Positions 48,409 to 56,088 of a stretch of DNA of 64,000 bases are shown piece by piece (within the stretch, counting starts at the first letter, position 1; each line of letters opens with the position of its first letter). Source of the DNA: Bacteroidota bacterium (lineage in GTDB: Bacteria > Bacteroidota > Ignavibacteria > Kryptoniales > JAKASW01); NCBI GenBank assembly GCA_021812985.1, contig JAKAMG010000013.1, positions 586-64,585 on the forward strand, read 5' to 3'. The notes beneath the pieces are model-generated. The model was given only the letters and a program-made list of their open reading frames with translations. It was not told the DNA's origin and made no database searches. The position numbers and the translations under genes were made by a program.

Positions 48409-49922
48409 TTCGCTTTCGCATCGTCGCTGGCCAGGGCGCCCTTCTGCCTGACCGTTTCCACTTCCTCCACGCTCACAGGACTCATATGATTGCCAAAATG
48501 TGTCCTGACGTATGTCAGGACGGCGGCTATCTGCTTATCGTTCAGTGGTTGAGGGGGCATCGTGTTATTAAACGGCTTCTTGTTCACGACGAGTGGTCCT
48601 GAGTGACCGTGCATCACGAAGTCAATCGCTCTGGACTTGTTCGCGCTCAGGAAGTCGGAGCCGGCCAGTGGCGGGAAGACATTCGGTATTCCCCCGGCGT
48701 TGGCCTGGTGACAGGCGATACAAGTCCTTCCGAAGATGTGGTCTCCCGTCTCATCGGCGGATTCGGCGACGTTCTGATCTTTCGCGGCCGATTCCATGGC
48801 GCCGGCTTGCTGATCGTCGCCCTGGAATGAAGCTTCCCCCGGCATGCCCTGCATCTGCGCCTCACCCTCCCCAAGATATATTTCGTCAGCCTGCCGACCC
48901 GAGAATAACTCAGGGTTGGGTTCGCCTCCGATGATGAGCTGACCCACGGCTCCCTTGTTGAAGGCTCTGAAGATCGAGTGGTCCACGATAGTGTAAGTGC
49001 CCGGAACCTCCGCCTTGAATTCAACCATTGACGCTCCTCCCGCCGGGATGAGCGTAGTCTGTATGTCGTGGGCGGTGATTGTCGAGCCTCCCTCGCCGTA
49101 GACGTTGTCAAACATTTCGCCGATAACATGGAACGACGAGATGAGATTCGGTCCTATGTTTCCAACATACATCCTGACCTTCTGCCCGACCTCCGCCTTC
49201 AGGGCGTTGTCTCCAGTCAGAGCCCCGACGGAGCCGTTGAAGACTACGTACGTCGGCCTTTCGTCGAGCGCTTTCTGAAGGTCGAACTGCTGAAGCCCCG
49301 GGTCTCCGTAATTGCCTGTCGTGTAGAACTCGCTCTGCATTATGTAGAACTCCTTGTCCACATGAGGAAATCCTTCTCTGGGCTGGACAAGTATCAACCC
49401 GTACATTCCGTTCGCGATGTGCATCGGAACCGGCTGGGTGGCACAGTGATAAATGAAAAGACCGGCATGCATTGCCCGGAAGGAGAATACCGAAGTATGT
49501 CCCGGCATCGTGACGGAAGACGCCGCGCCGCCTCCCGGACCTATCACCGCATGCATGTCAATGTTGTGCGACATCATGTTCGATGGGTCGTTGCTGAGAT
49601 GAATTTCCACGAGATCCCCCTGTCGGACGCGTATCATGGGTCCCGGGACCGTTCCGTTAAATGTCCAGAAAGTATATTGAACTCCGTCGGCGAGCCTGCC
49701 GATCTTCTCCTTCGTGTAGAGATGGACAATCACCTTTGTAGGATAATTCCGCGTGATGGGAGGAGGAACATTGGGGGCTGTCGTCAGAACGGCCTCTTCT
49801 GATCCCCTGATTTCGTTCGAGTATCCCGGTTGGCAGCCCGTATAGATTATAGAACCGGCGGCAAGAAGCAGTATGAGTGCTGAGGCATATATTATGGCGA
49901 ATTTCTTGTGTCTGATTTTCAT
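48405..49922 (-). CDS. nirK: Copper-containing nitrite reductase, AniA-like (class II) lipoprotein with a C-terminal c-type cytochrome domain
   Basis: 505 aa. Lipobox YTGC. Cu ligand regions SHNIDMHAV and YHCATQPVPMHIANGMYG. C-terminal heme-binding CIACH followed by ..NNTMPP. Confidence 0.88.
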   Translation of the reverse strand: MKIRHKKFAIIYASALILLLAAGSIIYTGCQPGYSNEIRGSEEAVLTTAPNVPPPITRNYPTKVIVHLYTKEKIGRLADGVQYTFWTFNGTVPGPMIRVRQGDLVEIHLSNDPSNMMSHNIDMHAVIGPGGGAASSVTMPGHTSVFSFRAMHAGLFIYHCATQPVPMHIANGMYGLILVQPREGFPHVDKEFYIMQSEFYTTGNYGDPGLQQFDLQKALDERPTYVVFNGSVGALTGDNALKAEVGQKVRMYVGNIGPNLISSFHVIGEMFDNVYGEGGSTITAHDIQTTLIPAGGASMVEFKAEVPGTYTIVDHSIFRAFNKGAVGQLIIGGEPNPELFSGRQADEIYLGEGEAQMQGMPGEASFQGDDQQAGAMESAAKDQNVAESADETGDHIFGRTCIACHQANAGGIPNVFPPLAGSDFLSANKSRAIDFVMHGHSGPLVVNKKPFNNTMPPQPLNDKQIAAVLTYVRTHFGNHMSPVSVEEVETVRQKGALASDDAKAK

Positions 49923-50087
49923 TTCATTTTTCCCCTTCGCTTTCGCGGGAGCCCGGACGGTCAGGCAGCCGCGAGGATCGCATTAAAATATTCAGATTAA
50001 TTAGTCCGAAATATGTATAAAAAAATGTGTCGAATCCCGCATTTGTCACTGGCGCGGTTTGCCATGGATATTGAATCGTTAGTAAAC

Positions 50088-50582
50088 TCAGAATTCCGGC
50101 CTGTGGCCTGCTCTCTCGACCGCTCGCCTTGTTATTTCAAGTATGCCATCCCGCTGATTATGCGGCAGCACCGGGACCTCAGGAAAAGCTTTCAGCTGGT
50201 CTATGACTTTAGCAGTCTCTTCTTCGGAAAGCGAGTCGAGTTCAGCGTACACTCCCCCAACGCCTTCCTCTGACGCGTTATGCGCCTGAAGTATGGAGCG
50301 GATAGTGCTTATGATGGGACGCGAAGGCGGAGGGACGAGCAGGGCCACCAAAGCTCCATGGTCAAGACGGAGCTTGTCGAAGCCTTCCACTTTCAGCCCC
50401 TCTTTGAGCCGTGCAATCGCGGGAAAAAGAATCTTCTCTTCCATACCGATGTGCCTCAAAAGTCCCTTGCGAAATTCCGCGTAGGCCGGCACGTCAATGG
50501 CGTCCGGTTGTGCGACGGCCTTCTCGAGGTATCCATCGAGTCGGAGATGATCGCTTGAGAGGTACTCGTAGATCCAGCGCAT
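50088..50582 (-). CDS. Hemerythrin-like domain protein
   Basis: 164 aa. Carries DHLRLDGYL, LRHIGMEEKILFPA and LDHGAL. It is 26 nt downstream of the DUF59 gene. Confidence 0.65.
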   Translation of the reverse strand: MRWIYEYLSSDHLRLDGYLEKAVAQPDAIDVPAYAEFRKGLLRHIGMEEKILFPAIARLKEGLKVEGFDKLRLDHGALVALLVPPPSRPIISTIRSILQAHNASEEGVGGVYAELDSLSEEETAKVIDQLKAFPEVPVLPHNQRDGILEITRRAVERAGHRPEF

Positions 50583-50608
50583 TTAAATATCCTTCGATTT
50601 TCCTGAGA

Positions 50609-50917
50609 TCACTTGTAACCCAGTTGCTCTCTGGCCCAGTCGGTCATCATATCGGGCGTCCAGCGCGGCTCCCATACTATTTCAAGATTCACGCGCCTGG
50701 TAATATCGAGCACCGATAGAACATTTGTAACATAAGTGCTGATGCTTTGACTAAGTGGACATCCCGGGGCGGTAAGCGTCATCCTGACTTTTATCTCGGC
50801 ACCTGTTACGTCCACATCGTACACCAGGCCCAAATTTACAATATCGATCCCAATTTCCGGGTCGTGGACCTCTTTCAAGGCGTCCATCACCTCTTCTTTG
50901 GTTATTACCACGGTCAA
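50609..50917 (-). CDS. DUF59 / MIP18-family Fe-S cluster assembly protein (SufT/PaaD-like)
   Basis: About 102 aa from TTG 50917 (TTGA overlap with the upstream stop). GTG 50911 and ATG 50887 are alternative starts. Sequence ITKEEVMDALKEVHDPEIGIDIVNLGLVYDVDV...LTAPGCPL. The track's 216-aa version overlaps the upstream gene and is rejected. Confidence 0.75.
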   Translation of the reverse strand: MTVVITKEEVMDALKEVHDPEIGIDIVNLGLVYDVDVTGAEIKVRMTLTAPGCPLSQSISTYVTNVLSVLDITRRVNLEIVWEPRWTPDMMTDWAREQLGYK

Positions 50918-52188
50918 CTCCTGAAGATTTTCAATTGGACGTACGCATATATGATTGCTGAAATCGTCATCGCCGAGCATCCGACGAGAAATAGAGGCAT
51001 GTACGAGAAGACGAGCGCTCCCGAGGCAACAGCGACGGCCGCGCTCCAAAGATAAAGTTGGACATAAGAGAGAGTCTGGTCGACCATCTCGTGCAACGAC
51101 GGTACGTCGGTCAAACCCACCATTGAGCTGTACTTCCGCACCCAGACCAAAAAGGGCGCGATCTTGAGCATTTGTCCCAGAATCAGAGAACCGATGAATC
51201 CGAAGAAGAAGAGGAAACCGACAGAGAGCGCGATATCGGCCGACGGAGTGTTCTTCCACGGACCCAGCGCTATCGAAGCGGCAACCGCAAATGCGGCCAG
51301 GCCGAGGTAAACAAACGAAACCACGGTCTGTCTCAGACCCGCGTCGAGTTTTCTCCGCACCCTCTTCCTGAATATCTGAGCCGCCTGGACGAGGAACGCA
51401 AAGACTCCCGCCACCATTACCAGCGAGAAGACATCTGACAACTCCGTATTGTCTCCCAAAGTAATCGCCAGTCCATACCCGACGATGCCGACGAGTAACA
51501 GGAAGTAAGCGGCCCAGCCGAAGCCGCGCGGGAAATTGTACGACAGCGAGAACATGGGGACAAGCTGGTACACGGCTCCGAATATGATCATAGTGACGAA
51601 CCCGACAAGGACTACGTGGGCGTGGACTTTCAGAATCTCCAGATGATTAACCATCAGGAAGCCATACTGCAGGTTCATCGCCAGGAGAAGCCCGATCGAG
51701 ACGGCGACGAGAAGAAAAACGATCCCCGTCAGGAAATGAGCGGCGGTGATGTTCCACTCCTTCACCTTAGCCATGCTCATCAGTACGTTGATTATGAATG
51801 CGATCATGCCAAGGAAGGCGATCGAGGCGAAGGTCACAAAGCCCGGGCTTATGTTGAACTCATAGAAGCCGTATATCATTCCCAGCGACCCGGCGGTCAG
51901 GACAAAATACTGGAGATACGCGAGCGGTATGCTGTACACGCGAACTCTGAATACCACGGGTATAAGCTGATACATCGCCCCGGATATGGACATCGTGATC
52001 CATCCTAACGCAAGGGTGTGAACTATGGCGAGGATATGCGGCTGGAAATAGAAACCCTGGAAGTCGGAGTAGTTAATCAGAGTCAGCACCGTACCCGCCA
52101 GGAAGAAAAGGATGGAGGTAATGAAATACGTGGCGACCAGCCTGAAGGGAGGGGTGAGTTTTGCCGTGCTAGCCATGTCGAAGGACAT
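50914..52188 (-). CDS. 12-TM membrane protein built from three 134-aa repeats, His-bearing. Heme-copper-oxidase-subunit-I-like architecture; function unknown.
   Basis: 424 aa. The motif G[WF][IV]xxxIxGxxxx[LI]xP occurs with its first G at residues 62, 196 and 330. Conserved His lie 5 residues before the motif in repeats 1 and 2 (H57, H191), with additional H51, H182 and H189. There is no signal peptide. Confidence 0.5.
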   Translation of the reverse strand: MSFDMASTAKLTPPFRLVATYFITSILFFLAGTVLTLINYSDFQGFYFQPHILAIVHTLALGWITMSISGAMYQLIPVVFRVRVYSIPLAYLQYFVLTAGSLGMIYGFYEFNISPGFVTFASIAFLGMIAFIINVLMSMAKVKEWNITAAHFLTGIVFLLVAVSIGLLLAMNLQYGFLMVNHLEILKVHAHVVLVGFVTMIIFGAVYQLVPMFSLSYNFPRGFGWAAYFLLLVGIVGYGLAITLGDNTELSDVFSLVMVAGVFAFLVQAAQIFRKRVRRKLDAGLRQTVVSFVYLGLAAFAVAASIALGPWKNTPSADIALSVGFLFFFGFIGSLILGQMLKIAPFLVWVRKYSSMVGLTDVPSLHEMVDQTLSYVQLYLWSAAVAVASGALVFSYMPLFLVGCSAMTISAIIYAYVQLKIFRS

Positions 52189-52189
52189 G

Positions 52190-53014
52190 TTACCGTCCGC
52201 CCGCCGCGCGTCGTATCACGACCTTGTAATGATTCTCCCCGACCTTATTGGACACCGCCTCGAAGCCTCCGTCGTGAAGCTTGTCGTAGAGGAGGACAGG
52301 CTCCCTGTGATGGTGGACCAGCAGAATCTCATTCGCTCCAAGGGCTTTGAGGGCCTTCAGTATCCGCATCATAGGTTCGGGCGGCTCCAGTCCTCTCACA
52401 TCCATCTCGACAACTTTCAAATCGCCGACCACATCCTTACCAGTCGCATCAAGTTTCTTGGTATCACGTTTCGATTCCGCTGCCCCATCGGTACGCTTGA
52501 ACAACACATGGAATACCCCATCCCTGGATTCTGTAGCGTGCACAAATCCTTTTTTTCCCAGTACGTCGTAAAGGGGAATTGGTTCAAAGCTGTTGACTAG
52601 ATGGAGGATTCTTCCCCTTTCAATTCTCTTCGCCGTGCGCATAATCTTCTGGAGCGGATCGTTGTTCACCGCAATGTCGTCTCTGACGTCCAGCGTCTCC
52701 TGGATTTGCGACTCGTCATAGTCAAACTCCTCCGCAAAATCGTCGCCCCATTCGACCTCAGATTCCAGCCTGCCACGTTCGGTTCCATCTTCCGTGCTCT
52801 CGCCTATATCCGCTCTAAGCGCGGTGATCAGATATTCCGGATCTACTCCTCCGACCCTTGCCGCGTCGGAGATACTCACCCTGCGGGCGATAGTCCTGCG
52901 CAGAAATTTATTCTCGAGTTTCCTGAAGTGCGGAGATACTCTTATGAAAGAGTCCAATAGCTCAGGATGCTCGTCCAGAAGCTTTCCTACAAGTGTGTTC
53001 TCATCTATCTTCAT
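52190..53014 (-). CDS. DUF1858 + 2x DUF2249 fusion protein
   Basis: 274 aa. The N-terminus LVGKLLDEHPELLDSFIRVSPHFRKLENKFLRRTIARRVSISDAARVGGVDPEYLITAL fits the DUF1858 pattern. Two DUF2249-like units follow (LDVRDDIAVNNDPLQKIMRTAKRIERGRILHLVNSFEPIPLY and MDVRGLEPPEPMMRILKALKALGANEILLVHHHREPVLLY). Confidence 0.6.
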   Translation of the reverse strand: MKIDENTLVGKLLDEHPELLDSFIRVSPHFRKLENKFLRRTIARRVSISDAARVGGVDPEYLITALRADIGESTEDGTERGRLESEVEWGDDFAEEFDYDESQIQETLDVRDDIAVNNDPLQKIMRTAKRIERGRILHLVNSFEPIPLYDVLGKKGFVHATESRDGVFHVLFKRTDGAAESKRDTKKLDATGKDVVGDLKVVEMDVRGLEPPEPMMRILKALKALGANEILLVHHHREPVLLYDKLHDGGFEAVSNKVGENHYKVVIRRAAGGR

Positions 53015-53061
53015 TTCTTCTCACCCTCTGATCGGCGGCCTAACCAGCCTCCGTGCCATGA

Positions 53062-53197
53062 CGGTTCATCCGTTCGTAACTTCAAAGGCTCACTTCACTT
53101 CCGATGGCAGTGTCTCCCCCGAGCCACTCACTGAACTGAAAGTTGCGGAAGAGGGCGAGCTTGCTTCTCACCGCAAAAGACGAAGTCGGATGAACCG
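53062..53197. repeat. 11-bp perfect inverted repeat (CGGTTCATCCG / CGGATGAACCG) enclosing 114 nt in an intergenic gap
   Basis: Arms at 53062-53072 and 53187-53197. A nested 6-bp inverted repeat TTGCGG/CCGCAA lies at 53143-53148 and 53171-53176. Confidence 0.75.
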
Positions 53198-53254
53198 CTT
53201 TCCATGCAGGCTTCTTTCCCGACATGGCGGCACGGACGCAAATCATAGCCCGAT

Positions 53255-53497
53255 CTACCTGGTCTTGGTGATTAGTACTCTCCAGACATCGGGGCCCTGT
53301 TCGAGGTATTCCCAATTAAAACGACCTGGCTTCTCGAAGTTAAACTCGTAGTAAAGCGGCTTCGGGTCGTGGTCGTTAATCAACGTCATGCTCTGGCCCG
53401 GGCTCAATTTCTCGAATGTCGCGTGAATTGTCGGGTGCTTTTCCCTAGGCAATATGGGCCTGACGTCCAAATCTATCGAACTGCTGCTGTCTGTCAT
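53255..53497 (-). CDS. DUF2249 domain protein
   Basis: 80 aa from ATG 53497, which has an AAGGAGA RBS 7 nt upstream. The track start at 53542 lies only 5 nt from the regulatory palindrome. Sequence LDVRPILPREKHPTIHATFEKLSPGQSMTLINDHDPKPLYYEF. Confidence 0.65.
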   Translation of the reverse strand: MTDSSSSIDLDVRPILPREKHPTIHATFEKLSPGQSMTLINDHDPKPLYYEFNFEKPGRFNWEYLEQGPDVWRVLITKTR

Positions 53498-53546
53498 TTT
53501 AATTCTCCTTTCAGTGAACAAGCTATGGAAGGACCTTGCCACGCAC

Positions 53547-53560
53547 CTTGACTTTGGTCA
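53547..53560. promoter_or_regulatory. CRP/FNR-family box TTGAC-tttg-GTCAA (serves the minus-strand DUF2249 operon)
   Basis: Perfect 5-4-5 palindrome whose centre is 57 nt upstream of the ATG at 53497. Confidence 0.5.
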
Positions 53561-53611
53561 ATTCCCGGAGATTCGAAGACATGCGCCCCGGAGCCAGGCC
53601 TGAAAACGAGT

Positions 53612-53631
53612 CGACTTGACCGAAGTCAAGT
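53612..53631. promoter_or_regulatory. CRP/FNR-family box GACTTGAC-cgaa-GTCAAGTC (serves qNOR)
   Basis: Perfect 8-4-8 palindrome centred about 85 nt upstream of the norB ATG. A -10-like TAGATT lies at 53651-53656, consistent with a class II (-41.5) arrangement. Confidence 0.6.
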
Positions 53632-53706
53632 CCTTTGGGAGGCCAAACGTTTAGATTTCAGATGAATCTATCCGCAATTCTAAATCAAATATTAGGAGAA
53701 ACACAA

Positions 53707-55995
53707 ATGGGCAAAGACAATTCAGAAAAACTATCACCATGGTGGAAACACTCCATCGTTCTGATTATGATCGCGGCTTTCAGCGTACTGATTTTTGTGG
53801 CCGTAAGGAGCTACACGGACGCGCCTCCGATACCGAACAAAGTCACTGACAGCAAGGGGCAGACGATCTTTACTTCCGACGACATAGAACACGGGCAGGA
53901 GGTATTCCTGAAGTACGGGCTGATGGAGGATGGAACACTTCTTGGACACGGCGCATACCTGGGGCCGGACTACTCTGCCGAATATCTTCACGTTGAAGCC
54001 GTCAGCGTCCAAAAAGAGCTGGCCGCTAAAAAGTACTCAATTCCATACGACAGCCTCACCGAGGACCAGAAGAACAGCATAATAGCGGACGTACAATCTA
54101 TGCTTCACGAGAACCACTACGATAAGTCGACAGGTACACTCGTCCTAACGGACGCCGAAGCGGCCGCGTACCAACTTGAGCTTCAAAACTGGAGCGACTA
54201 TTTCTCACAACCCGACCGCGCCCCGGGTCTTCCCCAGAATTTCATTAAGAATCCGGTCGAGCTTAAGGAACTCACATCTTTTTTCGCATGGGCAGCCTGG
54301 GCGGCGGTTACTAACCGCCCCGGAAAAGCATACTCATACACGAACAACTGGCCTTTTGACAAGCTGGCCGGCAATGGACCGACTAGTTCCACCATAATAT
54401 GGAGCGCCCTCAGCCTCGTTGCTCTTCTCGGAATGACGGGGCTCATTCTCTTCGTGTTCGGCAAGTTTGATTATCTCGGTTGGAAATCGGGGACCGTTGA
54501 GCACATGAACGAAACGAGGCGCCTGCCACCGACTGACAGCCAGAAGGCCTTGTTGAAATACTTCCTCGTCGTTGGCGCCTTGTTTCTCCTTCAGACTCTC
54601 GCAGGCGGCGCGCTGGCACACTACAGGGCGGAGCCGTTCGGGTTCTACGGCATCCCGCTCGAGAAGTGGCTCCCATTCAATGTGATAAGGACATGGCATC
54701 TCCAGCTGGCGATCTTCTGGGTGGCAATGTCATTCGTAGCGGGCGGGCTTTTCCTTCCGCCACTCATCAGCAGTTCTGAGCCGAAAGGACAAAAATTCTG
54801 GGTGAATTTCCTCTTCGGCGCCGTGGTTATCGTGGCCATCGGAAGTCTGTTCGGCGAGTATCTCGGCATCAACCAGCTTCTCGGGAAACTCTGGTACTAT
54901 TTCGGAATGCAGGGCTGGGAATACCTAGAGCTGGGAAGGGCCTGGCAATTGCTCCTGATCGTCGGCCTTCTTATCTGGCTCGTGCTGGTATTCCGCGCTC
55001 TCAGACCCGCAATGCGGGATGAATCGAGAAAGGAACTGAGCTCACTCTTCCTTTACTCGGCCGTGGCTATTCCGCTTTTCTATCTTCCCGCCCTCTTTTT
55101 TGGTCCGACGACCAATTTCACGGTAGCTGACAACTGGCGGTTCTGGATAATACATCTTTGGGTCGAAGGCTTCTTCGAGTTGTTCGCGACAGTCATGGTA
55201 GCGGTAATCTTTTACCAGCTCGGACTCGTGCGCGCCACATCCGCCGCTCGAGTAGTTTACCTCGACGCGATACTCTACCTGGGGAGCGGAATTGTCGGGA
55301 CCGGCCATCACTGGTACTGGACTGGCCAAAGCGACATCACTATGGCACTGGGCGCCATGTTCTCAGCGATGGAAGTCGTGCCTCTTACGCTTCTGACGCT
55401 GGACGCATGGGACTTCATCCGCCTGACAAGGAAGCACCCGTCTGACAACAGCCCTCATCCGGCACTGGAACAGAAGTGGGCTTTCTACTTCCTCATGGCG
55501 GTCGGATTCTGGAATTTTCTCGGCGCAGGCGTGTTCGGCTTCCTGATCAACCTCCCGATCGTGAGCTACTACGAAGTTGGAACAATGCTGACCCTTAACC
55601 ACGGTCACGCCGCGATGATGGGCGTGTTTGGAATGCTGGCTCTCGGCATAATGATGTACTCTCTCCGGACCCTTTCAACCGACGAAGTCTGGAAGAGAAA
55701 CGAGAAATACGTACGTGTCGGGTTCTGGGGGCTGAACTCAGGCCTCATGCTGATGGTGTTGACAGACATGTTTCCCGCCGGTGTACTCCAACTGGCCGAT
55801 GTTGTTAACAACGGATACTGGCACGCCAGGGAACTCGGCTTCATCGATACGGGATTGTTTCACTTCCTCGAGTGGCTTCGTATCGTGGCAGACACTGTCT
55901 TCATAGCGGCAGGGTCGCTCCCCATATTGATATTCGTCGTGAAGGTTTATCGTGCGAGAAAAGAAATGTGGAAGGCCATCCCGGCGCACGATTAA
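53707..55995 (+). CDS. norB: Quinol-dependent nitric oxide reductase (qNOR, NorB/NorZ large single subunit)
   Basis: 762 aa from ATG 53707 (AGGAGA RBS; the track start is 53635). An N-terminal extension with one TM and a periplasmic domain lacks a CxxCH motif. HCO core motifs HLWVEGFFE, GTGHHWYW and NHGHAAMMG. Confidence 0.9.
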   Translation: MGKDNSEKLSPWWKHSIVLIMIAAFSVLIFVAVRSYTDAPPIPNKVTDSKGQTIFTSDDIEHGQEVFLKYGLMEDGTLLGHGAYLGPDYSAEYLHVEAVSVQKELAAKKYSIPYDSLTEDQKNSIIADVQSMLHENHYDKSTGTLVLTDAEAAAYQLELQNWSDYFSQPDRAPGLPQNFIKNPVELKELTSFFAWAAWAAVTNRPGKAYSYTNNWPFDKLAGNGPTSSTIIWSALSLVALLGMTGLILFVFGKFDYLGWKSGTVEHMNETRRLPPTDSQKALLKYFLVVGALFLLQTLAGGALAHYRAEPFGFYGIPLEKWLPFNVIRTWHLQLAIFWVAMSFVAGGLFLPPLISSSEPKGQKFWVNFLFGAVVIVAIGSLFGEYLGINQLLGKLWYYFGMQGWEYLELGRAWQLLLIVGLLIWLVLVFRALRPAMRDESRKELSSLFLYSAVAIPLFYLPALFFGPTTNFTVADNWRFWIIHLWVEGFFELFATVMVAVIFYQLGLVRATSAARVVYLDAILYLGSGIVGTGHHWYWTGQSDITMALGAMFSAMEVVPLTLLTLDAWDFIRLTRKHPSDNSPHPALEQKWAFYFLMAVGFWNFLGAGVFGFLINLPIVSYYEVGTMLTLNHGHAAMMGVFGMLALGIMMYSLRTLSTDEVWKRNEKYVRVGFWGLNSGLMLMVLTDMFPAGVLQLADVVNNGYWHARELGFIDTGLFHFLEWLRIVADTVFIAAGSLPILIFVVKVYRARKEMWKAIPAHD

Positions 55996-56012
55996 GATTC
56001 CCCCCTCCACAA

Positions 56013-56050
56013 GAAGCCGTACGGTCAGCACGACGTACGGCTTCACTTTT
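56013..56050 (+). terminator. Rho-independent terminator after norB
   Basis: GAAGCCGTACG-gtcagcacga-CGTACGGCTTC, a perfect 11-bp stem followed by acTTTTat. Confidence 0.65.
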
Positions 56051-56088
56051 ATGACGCGCACCTGCGCTGCGGCTGCACAGACCAGCAG

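Noticed and set aside
49977-49997. NsrR-like AT-rich imperfect palindrome ATCGCATTAAAATATTCAGAT upstream of nirK
   Set aside because: Only about 6 of 9 positions are symmetric, and the half-sites do not align with the NsrR consensus as I recall it. It is indistinguishable from ordinary AT-rich promoter DNA.
50609-51259. The 216-aa version of the DUF59 ORF
   Set aside because: Its N-terminal 114 codons overlap the 3' end of the 424-aa membrane protein gene in another frame and show no domain. The DUF59 domain begins right at the TTG/GTG codons at 50917/50911.
53498-53542. The upstream start (53542) for the small DUF2249 gene
   Set aside because: It has no RBS and lies 5 nt from the TTGAC-N4-GTCAA box. 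ATG 53497 has an AAGGAGA 7 nt upstream.
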